64,000 nucleotides of DNA from Proteromonas lacertae (Eukaryota), in contig NGBS01000293.1 in the NCBI GenBank assembly GCA_002245135.1, forward strand, positions 248,001 through 312,000, in the 5' to 3' direction. The position numbers and the translations under genes were made by a program. The notes below the pieces were generated by a model that ran no database searches, was not told the DNA's origin, and saw only the letters and a list, made by a program, of their open reading frames with translations. Below are positions 27,065-40,811 of this stretch, piece after piece; within the stretch, counting starts at the first letter, position 1; every line of letters begins with the position of its first letter.

Positions 27065-28576
27065 ATGACTACTGTATTTCCTATTAAATTTATTAATAAA
27101 TAGTATAACAAAGAAAGCGAATTAAAAGTGGATAAATCTGAAATGATGCGCAAACATTACGACATCTCCTTATCTGCAATAGAGAATATTTCACAATTCA
27201 CAGAATGTGTAAAAACCATAAATAAATTAGGAGAGGAAAAGTTATTACCTTTGACAGTAGTGGATGAGACAAAAAAGTATATAACAATTGAGGAAGAGAT
27301 TATGCCATTCAATCTTGATGATAAAATCTGTAGTTATGGTAAATTTGATTTTGAAAATTTACTAAAAACAATGATAAGAGAAATTTATAGATTTAATACT
27401 TATTTCAACAGAAAATTCAACCTTAAAACCACCAACATATTATTTGATGGCAATAAAAATGTTTATTTTACTGATAATTTCAGTTGTATGTTGGATGGTT
27501 ATACAAATTCTAACAATCCACTCGCTGAAATCTTCGATCTATTAAAAGAAATAAAAGCAAAGTACTTTACTAGACTAAAAGACAATGATAAGAAGATTCT
27601 AGATCTAGTTATATCAATGGAAAATAACGAAAATATGATCTTAGAAGATTTTATACTAGAAGTTGAAAGTATTTGTTATTTGTTTATTATATTTGAATTA
27701 TAGATGCAATTACAGAAGTAAAGAATCAAAATGAATCGGATTCATTCTTTGCCGAATTATTAGCAGAATATAATGATGAATATAAGGAATATTTAAAAGA
27801 TAAAAAGTATTTGAATATATTGAAAGATAACGCTAGAGAATTGTATTTCTCAACAATTCATAAATTAGAAAATGGTAAAAGTATATTTCATTTTTATTTA
27901 TTTATTTATTATTAATAGAGAATTTTGTTGATGAAAAAGTTAATAATTTTGTACAGAATAGCAGTTCAAATTTAGTGTTAAGAAACTGTATTTGTTATTA
28001 TTATGTTTATTGTTATTATTAATATATAGATGGAATTGGTAATTATGGATTAGAATATGCTTTATGTTATATTAATAATTTCAGATATATAAAAGGAATA
28101 GATGTTACAAGTATTTATATTTCTATTTTATGATTATTATTTTATAGATAATAGTATTTCAGATGTTGGATTTAAATACTTTTGTTCTTGTTTTAAATAT
28201 ATTGGTTTATTGGAGAATTTAATATTCAGTAGTATGAATATTTATTTATATTTAATCAAATAGATAATCATATAACAGTAAATGGGTTAGAGTCATTTTA
28301 TGAGAATTGTTGTTATATTAATGGATTAAAGAAATTTAGTTTTTCTGGTATTTATTCATCTTATTTATACTTTTTTTTATAGAAAATGATCTTCATGATG
28401 AAGGAGGATATAAATTAATAGAAATTGTGAAAGTATTACCTGTTTTATCAGCCATGTGGATAAAAGGTATTTATTTATTTATTTAATTTCTAGATAAATA
28501 TATGTTTAATATTCAGAGTATAAAAGCGCAAATAAAAAAGAATAGTCTAAATAAATCACTTAAAGTAATGACTTAA
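27065..28576 (+). CDS. Degenerate pseudokinase fused to LRRs, one repeat per exon
   Basis: Kinase remnant FNLKTTNILFD..FTDN; LRR exons 28030-28110, 28148-28231, 28264-28347 and 28383-28466. Confidence 0.8.
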
Positions 28577-28768
28577 GATTAAAAAGTGATTACGAAGATT
28601 TTGCTTTAATTTGCTCTTTATTTTTATAGATTATTAAATCAAAAATTATCTTATCCTCTACCCAATAAAAAGGAATGCAAATATAACACATACAATATAG
28701 TAAAATAAACTGTTGTTAATTTTAATGAGGATTTGAAGTGCTATGGTAAAAACTTGCATAATATCACT

Positions 28769-29116
28769 TCAATACTCGTCATTATCATATCTAAACGCAA
28801 AAGAGCTTTGTGCTGATTGAGAACGATAGGGAGAACTTAAATCTTCATTGGAATCTTCTCTTGCTTCACGTATATCAATATTTGAACTTGAATTCTCCTG
28901 GTTACTATTAATATAATGTTCAGAAAATATTATGGATGTATCATTTCCATTGTTTCTCCCGGATTCCGAGTTGATACCTACATATAAAGATGATTGACTC
29001 TCTATTGAACTGTCACTTTGATTAGAATTTTCAGTATTGCTTAAGGATAAACTTGTCCTGTTGCTTCTTACGCTAGAAAGCGTAGTTGGTATTTCATCAT
29101 CATCAGAAGATGACAT
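28769..29116 (-). CDS. Small Ser/Asn-rich hypothetical protein
   Basis: 115-aa low-complexity ORF; no family recognised. Confidence 0.4.
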   Translation of the reverse strand: MSSSDDDEIPTTLSSVRSNRTSLSLSNTENSNQSDSSIESQSSLYVGINSESGRNNGNDTSIIFSEHYINSNQENSSSNIDIREAREDSNEDLSSPYRSQSAQSSFAFRYDNDEY

Positions 29117-29298
29117 ACGAGCGTAGTTATATTTAATAGATGCTTGAATTAATGTATAAACTCTAAATAATTTGTCAGTTACACAAAATAACGATAATGT
29201 ATAAACAAGCTTTTTTTAAATAACATGAATATTAAAATCATTAAAAATCTTACATATTTAATTCATTCACATTAAAACAGATAATAAAAATAACTAAA

Positions 29299-29680
29299 CT
29301 AAGAGAAAAATAATTAACTCAAACTATCATTGGTTTTAACAGGAATATAGTTTGTCCTTGTAGGTTTACAACAACAACATTTGATTCCAACTATAAATAC
29401 TATACACGAAACAATAACAATAATTAAAACAATCACTACCACCAAATTTAATGATTTTTTAGTTGGTTTGTTTGTTTCAACATTTCTTGAAGTTTCTATT
29501 TCATTCATTGTCATTTCAGCTGTAACAGAATTAGATGATGTCGCATCATATAATACAGTTATTTAAGTATATTTTTACATTCTCAGGTATATTGTTAAAT
29601 AAACAAGACAAAACAAGTTGATTCACTAATTAATGGATTATTAGTATAAATCAACTTATTCAGCACTATTATTGACATGA
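29299..29680 (-). pseudogene. Internally deleted partial copy of the surface-protein gene at 34149-35951
   Basis: 29299-29523 is identical to 34134-34358; 29571-29680 is a diverged match to 35002-35110. Confidence 0.85.
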
Positions 29681-29987
29681 TCAATCTTCAGCACATACTC
29701 TGGCTTCATAAAGAATGTACATAGATTGGAAATGACGAATTCTCATACTTATACCACCTCCATCAGCTGAAGCTTAACAATAATTGGATTTACATTTTCG
29801 TTACATATATTATAACATATGCAGTATACATAGTACTGCTATAAAATAGTAATATTATCATTATTATACAATCTTCAATAGAATTAAATCACATTTCAAT
29901 TTTTGGGTTATTCAAAATTTTGATAAAAATGAAATTTCATTATTTTTGTTATATATTTACATAAAGATGATAATTAAAGTGCAAATA

Positions 29988-32118
29988 ATGAAGATTCAGA
30001 GAAAGAGGGTATATTTTGTATTTATTTTATGATAGATTATGTCGAAAATTGGTCGAAAGTGGTTTTGGTGATATAGAAGTGAAGATTGGAGATAATCGAA
30101 TAATGTCAATCAAGTCAATTTTAGTGAATGGAAATGAAACTGTAAAGAAACTGTTGTTAGATGGTGAGTTTGTTGGAGTTTTGGAGTTATATGAAGAAAT
30201 CGAAGAAATTGGGTATTATGAGATGGAGAAATACTACAGTGGTGGTGAACTGATAATCTGTAAAGAGAGTGTGTGTGAAGTGTTGATGTTTTGTTTATGT
30301 TATAGTGAAAAAGAGATAATAAATGATTGTTATGAATTTGTGAAGAATAATATAGATGATGAATTATTAATTAAAGTAATTCATATCTGTAATGTGTTTC
30401 CTAATAGTCTAAGAGAGATAGAAGAATATAAAATGATGGAATTTGAGAAGAGAGGATATAAATATTTATATAACAGTATATATAATACAATAATCTAAAT
30501 AGATGAATATTTTATGAGATTAGAAGTAAATAATTTGAATGAATTATTATCATTTAATAATATAATAATTCGAAGTGAGATATGGTTGTTAAATCGATTA
30601 TTAGAATGGTATAAATACAAAAAGGATTACAATAACAACAAAGAGTTTATAGATAATTTTAGATGTTTGATAGAAGAAGATATTGATGGAGAAAAGATAA
30701 ATGAGAATGAAATGAATATTGATAATAGAGAGATGTTGAAAGAAATGACTATAAAATTAAAGAAAAATAATAATAACAATTACATAGATTTATATAAGAT
30801 AAAAGATAAAAATATCCAAAATATAATAATCAATAAATATTATGATGTTAATCTAATAGAATTCAACAAAGAAGAAAAAGAAATGTTGAACAAGATGAAT
30901 GAAGAAGAATTAAATACAACAATAATTCATTTATCTGAAATAGATGATGTAATAATAATCGAAATTTTATTATTAATAATAAAATATAAAGATCAAAAAA
31001 TAGAGAGTATAAATACTAGTAGTAATCTTAAATAGAATATATATCCAATATTGAAAAGAGAAATATCATAAGCAAATTATATCTGCAATATAATGAGAAT
31101 AAAAGAAATCGAACAATGAAATGTTTATGTTTATTTGTTGAAAATATAAAGATTATCTCAGCAATGGAACATCATAGTGGAAAAAAATTCTTTTTAGAAT
31201 ATTGAATGAAGATAATTATTTAAACTCCAAATCTAAAGAAATATTAATCGAATATATAAAAGAGAATAAATTGAGTATCGAAGAAGAAGAAGAAATGATT
31301 GTAAATAATGAAAGATAAAGAATTATTGAGTGAATTAAAAACAAAAGAAATCACATCATTTTCATATCCTCAATCAGAATATTCATTTAGAATAAATGAA
31401 GAAATGTCAATGATTCCTTCATTTGATGGAAATCGATGTGAATTTTCAATCAATCCTTCCTTACCTGATGGAATAATGATAGATAAAGAAAATGGAATAA
31501 TTCATGGAAAAGTAGATGATAATAAATCTAACCAAGAATATGAAATAAGTTGTAAGAATATTCGTAAATGAAAAGAAAATCAAAATAACATTAGCTTTGA
31601 ATGAAATAATATTCACAAAATTTAAAAAACATGAAAAAATATCAATTTCAAATAATGGAAGATTAATAACAAATACAAATGATGGTTATAATCATTATTA
31701 TTTGAATTTGAAAATGGAAAATGGAGTTTATCATATCAAATATAAATATCATCAAAATGGAAGTGAATATGATGATATGATGTTAGGATTTTCAGCTAAT
31801 AATACATATTCTGGTAATAATATTTATTATCAATTAACAACATGTAATTATTATGCATGTAATGGTAAAAGTAGAGATATTACTTACTATTGTCATATTG
31901 GAACAGTTGTTAATAAAAATCCAAATTTCAATAATCATGGAGATGGTTCAATTTATGAAGTGATAGTTGATATGAATAAAAGAGAATTTTGGATAAGTCA
32001 TAATGATTCATCTCCTGTTTTACTTGTTAAAGATTTACCTTCTCCATTATATCCATATACTGAATTAGTATTTGAAAACACATGATTAGAATTATTGTCA
32101 TTTTCACATCAAGATTAG
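29988..32118 (+). CDS. BTB/BACK-like + putative Ig (He_PIG-like) + SPRY-like protein; several disruptions (pseudogene or assembly errors)
   Basis: GDIEVKIG..SIKSILV (BTB), IIRSEIWLL (BACK-like), FSINPSLPDGIMIDKENGIIHG (He_PIG-like), GVYHIKYK..VIVDMNKREF..LPSPLYPY (SPRY-like). Confidence 0.65.
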
Positions 32119-32385
32119 AGGAATCATTATTTCAATTCTTTGTTGTTCACTAACTAATAACATTTGAAATAAGAGTGAATTGTAGTTATTAATATTTGCA
32201 GAAAATCTTAATCAATTACTAAAATAATAATATAACATTGATATGAAACATCATAACATAAAATATTTAGCTTTGAAATTTGTTCAAGCTTATCATTTTC
32301 GCTTTTAAATAAAATGAGTTGTGATAAAGTTTACTCTTATTTACAACACAAATACAAATAAAAAAGAATAGTTCTAATAAATCAT

Positions 32386-34021
32386 TTAAAGTGATTTTGG
32401 GTTAAAAATTGATTCACTAATATATAATTTCTTGTTAGGATGATTTTCTAATATTCTTTTTCTGAAATCTAAATAAAATGATATGACATTATCGAAAATG
32501 CATAACTTTCTCAATTTTGTTAACTTAGAAAGAGTTTTTATTAGAATTTCTCCTCCTTTATCACTTATATTATTTGAGGATATTCTTAATACTTCTAAAT
32601 TAGGAATATCTTCAAAATGTGAAGCTAAATCTTCTATATCACCATCTTTTATTTCACAACCTATAAGATAAGAAAACACTAATGAATACTTTCCAACCCC
32701 AAATCCTTCAATTTAAATATGATATGAAGATTCTGTAGAAATACTTTTAAACCACCATTACCAATTGGATTACCATTTAATCTCAATTCCTCTAAATTTG
32801 GTAAATATATTAAACATTCCGAGAAAATATTTAATCCATATGAAGTGATATTATTATCTATAATGTTATTATTTTTTCATTATACTATCCAGCTGAATAT
32901 ATTTTATAATATTAATTTTCAATTTATCAAATTTTGAGGATAAATAATCCATTCCTACATCTCCCATCTCATCTATTTTTATTATTTAAAGTATATTATA
33001 TATACAATCACAAAAATACCATCCTTTAGCATTAATTTTTTGATTCTCATTAATTCTTTTGTCTATTCTATATTCTATTATTAATTATATTATTATTATC
33101 TATACTCAGTTCTTTTGAGATTTCTTCTGTTTCAAATGGAATTACAAGTATTTCAGGTTGATTTAATTCTATAGTTAATAATGTAGTAATGAAATCTTAT
33201 ACTTTTCAATGTAGTAATTACATCATTTAAATTTAATCTATCTTTCTTTTCTTTTCGAAGTATTTTACTTAAAAATGAGTTTAATTCATCTTTATTTTCA
33301 CATTCTAAAGGAATATATTTATTTTTATATATGTTATTTAATGTTCTCATAATAGTAGAGCCAAGAAAAGGATATTTACCACTCATCATATAGTAAAATA
33401 CTAAACCAAAATTCCAAATATCACTTAATATATCTAATTCTTTTCCTAATAATTCATCTATACTAACAAAACACAAATTTTCTCTTTTACCATCCATTTT
33501 CTTTCCTTCTCTTCCTTTGAATAACAAATTGTTACAATAATCACTCACAATCACTTCATTATCATAACTAAAAAAGATATTTGATGGTTTTAAAGCACTG
33601 TGCACTGTTTCTACTTCATTTAAACTCTTCAATACACTCAATATTCCATTTAATACATCATATGGACCAATCTCTTCAAAGTATTCTAAAGGATTTATTA
33701 TATCTAAATGAGTTTTATATTCTCTCATCACTCGATATAACATATTTTCATCATTTTCGATTAGTTTGTACTTCATTAAACCTTTAATATTCATATTATT
33801 GATTTTATTCATTATTGAAACTGCTTCCTCAACCACTTTACTATTTAAATCCTTTATATTCATATATTTTATTAATTTCTTTGAATTATTATCGGTATCT
33901 TTAATTTTACATATTCCGTTATTATTTTGATGATATATTATCTAAATATAAACAATAAAGTAATAATTAGTATTTATACTTCATAATTGTGATTGCTTAA
34001 CCATGTAGGAAATGAATTCAT
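32386..34021 (-). CDS. Pseudokinase fused to RNI-like LRRs
   Basis: HSALKPSNI, SDY, SDIWNFG; LRR exons of 87 and 168 nt bounded by phase-1 introns. Confidence 0.82.
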
Positions 34022-34148
34022 ATATTTTAACCAATAATCACTTATGCAACAAGAATAAATGGCAATTACTTATTCAAGCTATTTTACAGGAGCTTGAGGA
34101 AAAAAATGATAAAAACAAAGAAAGATAAATAATCTAAGAGAAAAATAA

Positions 34149-35951
34149 TTAACTCAAACTATCATTGGTTTTAACAGGAATATAGTTTGTCCTTGTAGGT
34201 TTACAACAACAACATTTGATTCCAACTATAAATACTATACACGAAACAATAACAATAATTAAAACAATCACTACCACCAAATTTAATGATTTTTTAGTTG
34301 GTTTGTTTGTTTCAACATTTCTTGAAGTTTCTATTTCATTCATTGTCATTTCAGCTGTATCAGAATTAGATGACGTTGGATTAAGTGGTGTTAGTGATGT
34401 TGGAAATATATTATTATTATCATCATTAACACAATAGTCTTTATAAAGAGGTATTTTACTTATATACATATCATAAATGATTCTAGCTGTGTTATAATCA
34501 ATATATGGTAAATATGGATAATATATAATATTATATGACTGTTGAAATCCTAATTCATTCATTTCCTCTATTTTTTCATTGATTAAATCATTTTTATTAT
34601 TGATTATTTTATATCGATCATTTACATATACTTTTGTATAAAAATTTCTACCAATATGGTTGCGCATTATTTCAATATTATCCACTTTCATTTTTCCTTT
34701 CTTATTAATGAATATATAGCTATTCTTCATTATAACACTATTCGTTACTGGATTATTAACAGTAACAACTGAACAAATGGCATTTGCTTTCAGTTTATTT
34801 TCATTTATTTTAGATGAAAAGTCCTTGTTGAAATAAAACCTGATAATCAGATAATTCAATATGATTTTACTATTTCTATTAGTAAGTCTTGTTACACCAG
34901 AAAAATAAAATCCTCTTTCATGACTTTTCGTTTGTTCATTCTGAGAGAGTTGAACATTGATTTCATCAAACATAATATCTATAATACAATTGTTTAAGTT
35001 TATTTTTACATTCTCAGGTATATTGTCAAATAAACATGATAAATAATTTGATTTACTTATTAATGGATTGTCAGAATAAATCAAATTATTCATCACTATA
35101 ATTGACATATTATTAATTTCCATATTTGTTTGACTAGAATATACAAATAAACTATAATATGTCTCAATCATCATTTCGATATTTATCGATTTTATATCTA
35201 TTACTACATAATCAAAATTTGTATTTTTGATATTACCAAATAATAAGCCACTTTCTACTTTACTCATTTGAGTATTGATTGTAATTGTTTTACCCTTCAA
35301 ATATATTCCTTTGTAGGTTATTGGATTATTGTTTATCACTTCATTACTTATTAAACTAAACTTTGATTTAACATTTTCATCTTTACTCAAATACATTATT
35401 TCCATTTCATTAAATAAAATTCCAACATCAGTCAGCGTACTAGATGTTATTGAATCACTTATTAAACTGAATTTATTGTGTTTCACTTTAATATTCATTC
35501 TATTCATTATCTTTATATGAAATCCTTTTATTTTCACATTCTTCATTTGTCTTATCAAGCCATTACTAATGGTAATATTATTATTATTCCTCGCGCTAAT
35601 CTCAATATTTATATTGTACAGCTCCATATCCTTTAATTCGTTAAATAGAGTACATTTATTATTTCTACAACCAACTAATTCCAGTATAGTTCTGCCACCA
35701 TTTCCTATCAATTTCGATATTTTTGGCGTCATTTCTAACCAATTAGACATATCTATCTTCATTCTTTTGCACAATCTCACTTCTCCATCACCCATCAGAA
35801 GTTTATAAAATTCTTCATTATTGCTTGGGTTTAGTTGACGTTCTTTACTTCTTGAATAAAGATCTACTCCTATAATACTCTCCAATTGATCAAAATACAC
35901 ATATACTAAAAGCATAGATATTATAAAACTATAAATAAGTATAAAAACCAT
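34149..35951 (-). CDS. Intronless type-I membrane/surface protein
   Basis: Hydrophobic N-terminus, N/I-rich ectodomain, S/T linker, transmembrane helix, KCCCCK and a short tail. Confidence 0.75.
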   Translation of the reverse strand: MVFILIYSFIISMLLVYVYFDQLESIIGVDLYSRSKERQLNPSNNEEFYKLLMGDGEVRLCKRMKIDMSNWLEMTPKISKLIGNGGRTILELVGCRNNKCTLFNELKDMELYNINIEISARNNNNITISNGLIRQMKNVKIKGFHIKIMNRMNIKVKHNKFSLISDSITSSTLTDVGILFNEMEIMYLSKDENVKSKFSLISNEVINNNPITYKGIYLKGKTITINTQMSKVESGLLFGNIKNTNFDYVVIDIKSINIEMMIETYYSLFVYSSQTNMEINNMSIIVMNNLIYSDNPLISKSNYLSCLFDNIPENVKINLNNCIIDIMFDEINVQLSQNEQTKSHERGFYFSGVTRLTNRNSKIILNYLIIRFYFNKDFSSKINENKLKANAICSVVTVNNPVTNSVIMKNSYIFINKKGKMKVDNIEIMRNHIGRNFYTKVYVNDRYKIINNKNDLINEKIEEMNELGFQQSYNIIYYPYLPYIDYNTARIIYDMYISKIPLYKDYCVNDDNNNIFPTSLTPLNPTSSNSDTAEMTMNEIETSRNVETNKPTKKSLNLVVVIVLIIVIVSCIVFIVGIKCCCCKPTRTNYIPVKTNDSLS

Positions 35952-36196
35952 TAAATATAATTTGCTTAGTAGATTTACACTACTTTCAATTTTCTGAAGT
36001 ATTTCACAAAAAACTAAGTATTCAGTTTAGACATGAATAATCATATGTTTGCAAGTGATGTTAAGATGTAAAAATTATTTAAAATTCATAATCAATCAAC
36101 ATAAAGAAAGATATTATATAAAATATAAATACTTAATTACTATTTTTCTTCTTATTATTATAGAAAAAACCTTTATATATATATATATACATTTAC

Positions 36197-38121
36197 TTAA
36201 CCATCATATTTAGCCATATTTCTAGGTTGATCAATAGGACATTTCTTATATTTACCAACATAATAGCTAAACAATTGTAATGGAACAATAGTCAAAAGAG
36301 GAAGAAAACACTCATTAATTGAAGATGAAGGAATTGGAATAATATGATCAGAAAAAGAATCGAAATCATGATTATCATCATCTGTTATAATAATCAACTC
36401 ACCATCACGAGAATATAACTCTTCAACGGTGATTTTTAAACGATTATAATTTCGATTATTTTTTGGAGCGATTATTATACATGGAAATCGATGTTCAAAG
36501 AGAGATACAGGTCCTGATCTGATCTCACCTGTTAATATTGCTTCACTATGGATATAAGCAGTCTGTTTAATCAATAGTGCAGCATCTAATGCTATCGGGT
36601 AATTCATACCATTTGCTACTATTAATAAACTTGTAGAATAACTATATGTATATTATATACATAATATATAGATATATACATAAACATTTTAGACATCATT
36701 TCAATACACCTCTTGTTATCAATTATTGACTGTATTAGATCAGGTATTTGATTAATTTGATTAATATATTTATTATAATCTTCATCATTGATCACTTTAT
36801 TTTCTTTGCCAATTCTCAATGCAATTAAACTCAACATTAATATATTGGTGTTAAATACCTTAGTACAAGGTGTACTGTATTCTTGACCAGCATGGAGAAA
36901 TATCCCACAATCAGTTTCTTGTGAAATGGGTGTGCCAACAATATTTACGATCCCCACAGTTAAAATTCCTCTTTTTTTACATTCTCTTACACATTTCAAA
37001 CACTCTTGATTTTCACCACTTGGAGATACAACAAATAAAACATCTCTTTTGCTTTTTAAAGTGTTAATTTTATATACCATTTCACTAGCTGGTTCAACTC
37101 TGCAAGTAATCCCTGCGATTTCTTCAAATAAATATTGGCCTATCTGTGAGGCATATAATGCACCTCCACTACCAATCATCATGATTCTAGAACTTTCTAG
37201 AATTTCTGGAAGATAATCTTCAATACCTCCTAATCGAATTACTTTGTTTAATCTACAGTCTTTTGCTACTTTTAACGTTTCTGCTTGTTTACAGATCTCT
37301 TTGATCATATAATGAGGATAATTATCTAAACTCATATTGGATAATGATGATATTTTTGGTAATACACTATATATATAATAAATAATATAAATATACGTTG
37401 GACTTAAGGAAGCACCTTCAAAATCACTCAAAGATTTAATCATATAATTCTTCCTACTAATTTTCACTATTTCATTATCTCCAATTATTATATTCTCATT
37501 ACATAATGATTGGACAGTTTGATTATCTGATGCAACACAAAAACCATCATCCATAATTCCCAATATCACTGGTACACCCCTTCTAGCAATAACTAATGTA
37601 TTTGGCTCACTTTCATCAATAAAACATACGCCAAAAGTACCTACAATTCTCTGAAGACTTTGATGGACAGCATCAAATAGAGAAATGTGTTTTCCATGGG
37701 AACTTTGTCTTATATATTGAACTAAATTACATAAAACTTCAGAGTCTGTATTACTATTAAATGTAAAACCTTCCTGCAAAAGCAAATCTTTGATTTCTTT
37801 GTAATTCTCTACTACACCATTATGAACTACAGCTATTTGCTTATTCATTGATAACAATGGATGACTATTTTTATCGGATGGTTGACCATGAGTAGCCCAT
37901 CTTACATGACCAATTCCTATATTACCATCGAAAGGAATAGACTCGCAAGTGTCTTTTAAATTCTGTACATTACCTACTCTTTTTATCATACGAAGATGAT
38001 TATCTTTGTTGATTATGGCTAAACCAGCTGAATCATATCCACGATATTCCAGATGTGTAAGTCCATCTAATAAGATTTTTAATGCTTCATTAACACCAAT
38101 GTAAGCAAAAATGCCACACAT
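36197..38121 (-). CDS. glmS: Glutamine:fructose-6-phosphate aminotransferase-like protein (GlmS/GFAT) with a degenerate isomerase domain
   Basis: MCGIF, LEYRGYDSAG, HVRWATHG, HNG, two SIS domains, DQPRNMAK; two short introns. Confidence 0.9.
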
Positions 38122-38710
38122 ATAAACAAAATAGAAAAATAGAAATAAAGTAGGTTAACGAAAAGAAATTGAAATAGGTGTTTAAAAAAGTATTCAGTTT
38201 AAAATTTCATTCTTTGTATCATAACCTCTGAAATAGTTATCTATACTTTTTTTATATCATTTTAATAAACTCAAAGCATGTATAATCAGTTTTAATGAAG
38301 TACATAAAAATCATGTTTAATTCTAACTAAGAATTACATTATGAAAATAGTCCATTCACTCATATTATCATTACATCACTTTATCGTAGAAAACTATGGT
38401 AGGTATGTCTGATATTTGTGTATCAAGTATATCATAATACTATAAAAAACAATGGTACACATCCCTGTATTAAAAAACTCACTTTTATATTTCGACAAAA
38501 CTGTTTCATAGAGTTGTTTTTCAAAAATTTGAAATTTTTATGAAAAGCTTGGCTTGAATTGGGTGGGGCTAAGTTAGTATGTAAATACATGTTAAGTACT
38601 ACCACAGTTAGAAATTTTTAAGTGGATTTAAAATCTCTCTTTTGAAGAAAGGGATAATATTTTGATTATAAAAAAATTATTCTATTTGGATATAACCATA
38701 TTATATACTG

Positions 38711-39740
38711 ATGGGTGCTGCATTTGGTTGTGCTTCTGAATCTCTTCAAATTGATGCCAGTAATGGGTTTCCTAGTATATTTAGAAAATTTTATATATTT
38801 ATAGCTACAATACCCCAGGATGCAGATGGCTCAAAGCTCCATACTGATTTAAATGAACTTAATAGTAAACTAGCAGCTTCAATAGAAGCTCTGAAGCATT
38901 ATGATAAAAGTTATGGCGATAAAATAAAAGAGGTATCCATTTTTATATATAATGTACCGATAAATAGGCATTAGCTTCATCTAGTGATAAACAAAAGCAG
39001 CTAGATGCGTACGATGCGATGGCTAAAAATATAGAACTACTAAATCAATACTGTCAAAACTCTAAAATAATCGTCTCACTACTTCCCAGCGGTATTTCCT
39101 ATATATCAGCTGAGGAAACTCCAGAAACAATCATATTCAAAGACATATCCGAATTACTACGTTATATAATAGAACTTGATAAAATAAAAGTATGATTTAT
39201 CATATTATTTTTTCTTAGTCTGAAACTCCTGAAATATCTACTGATTTTTTCTTTTACCGAAGATGCAAGAACAAAATATCTGATGAAAGACAACTTCCAA
39301 TAGGTGAACAAGATAGTAACAATATCTCAATGTTGATAGGACATCAGACTCCCTTAGTGAAAACATCATCTGATTCTTTAGATCAAGGTGATAACACAGC
39401 AGCAGAAGTTTTATCAAAATTAGCACACTTCAATTTAGCTTATAGTATGTTACCAGATTCAGAAAAATCAATAAAATTAAATTGTTATGAGACTATTGTG
39501 GCTGCTGTATTGATTGCTGATATGTTATTACCTGATGGAGTGTTTGCTAAGACTTCACCATTTAAAATGGAGTTAATAATAAATGAAATATTAGGTTTAG
39601 GACATGAAGGAATTGCATTATGTAAACAAATTAAATATTATTCATCTACATATAATAATTCAACGTATTTATATATAATATATTATCTATTTTATAGAAC
39701 ACCATCAAAGATATCTCAAAAACTTGATAGTATTGATTAA
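38711..39740 (+). CDS. CYRI/FAM49-like protein
   Basis: MG N-terminus; spliced product has ELLRYIIELDKIK|SETPEISTDFSFYRR, matching the FAM49 motif FDELKM..PAIQNDFSYYRR. Confidence 0.75.
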
Positions 39741-39928
39741 ACGTTGTTAATTTTATTATATATATATTTTTTATTTCAATAGTTGGGATTTGCTTTTGAG
39801 TATAAAACATATGAATATAGTGGTTGTTAGTTTGAAAAAAGAAGAAAAGAAAATGTTCAAAAAATAGATTCGTTTTGTTTTCGTTTTTTAAAATTTTAAG
39901 AGAATAGACAACCTTTCCGATTTATAAA

Positions 39929-40753
39929 TATGTCTGTTGATGAAGGTGATACACCAATATTGTTGTCTCCACAAGGTATTCTTCTGCAAGTTATTATTTC
40001 TAGAAAATCCTTCCCCTTCTCGTAGAATATCCTGGTCGGCAAGTAGAATATATGGAAGAAACTCATTTACATCATCAACAAAATCTCAAGAATTATATTC
40101 TAGTTTAATTCATAAATCCTCACAGAGTATCACTATTAATATAATATTCTACTTTAGACACATTTGAATCAGCATATGATAAATTTATAGAGAAAGATTA
40201 TGATGAAGCACTAATTATTTGTAATGAAGTCTTTCAAAACAATCCGACATACATGGAAAACATAATTTTATTATCCACTATACATTTTAATTTAAAGAAT
40301 TATGAGATAGCAATCATTTATAACAATATCCTATTGCAAATTGATCCTTATTGTTGTGAAGCTTATAACAACAAAGGGTTGTGTTATAAAGAAATAAATG
40401 AATATGAAAAATCAGTAGAATGCTTTTTATCAGCAATAAAAGTAAACAAAAAGTTCATTTTATCGTATAATATTCTATTTAAATATCATTTGAATAGATT
40501 TTTAAATCTATCCCTTTTATACTATTCTCATCATCAACTTAGTCTTTGTTTAGCCACTTTAAAGACAGCACACATGTTAAATCCAAATAATTATATAATA
40601 TTATATTACTATGGAACATTATTGAAGAGATTAGATGGTAAAGAGAATATAAATGACAGTGAGAAATATTTGTTGAAATGTATTAAATATCAATCGAATT
40701 TTATACCTGCTTATAATTCTATTGTTGAAATATATATTGTATATATATATATA

Positions 40754-40811
<58 letters not shown>

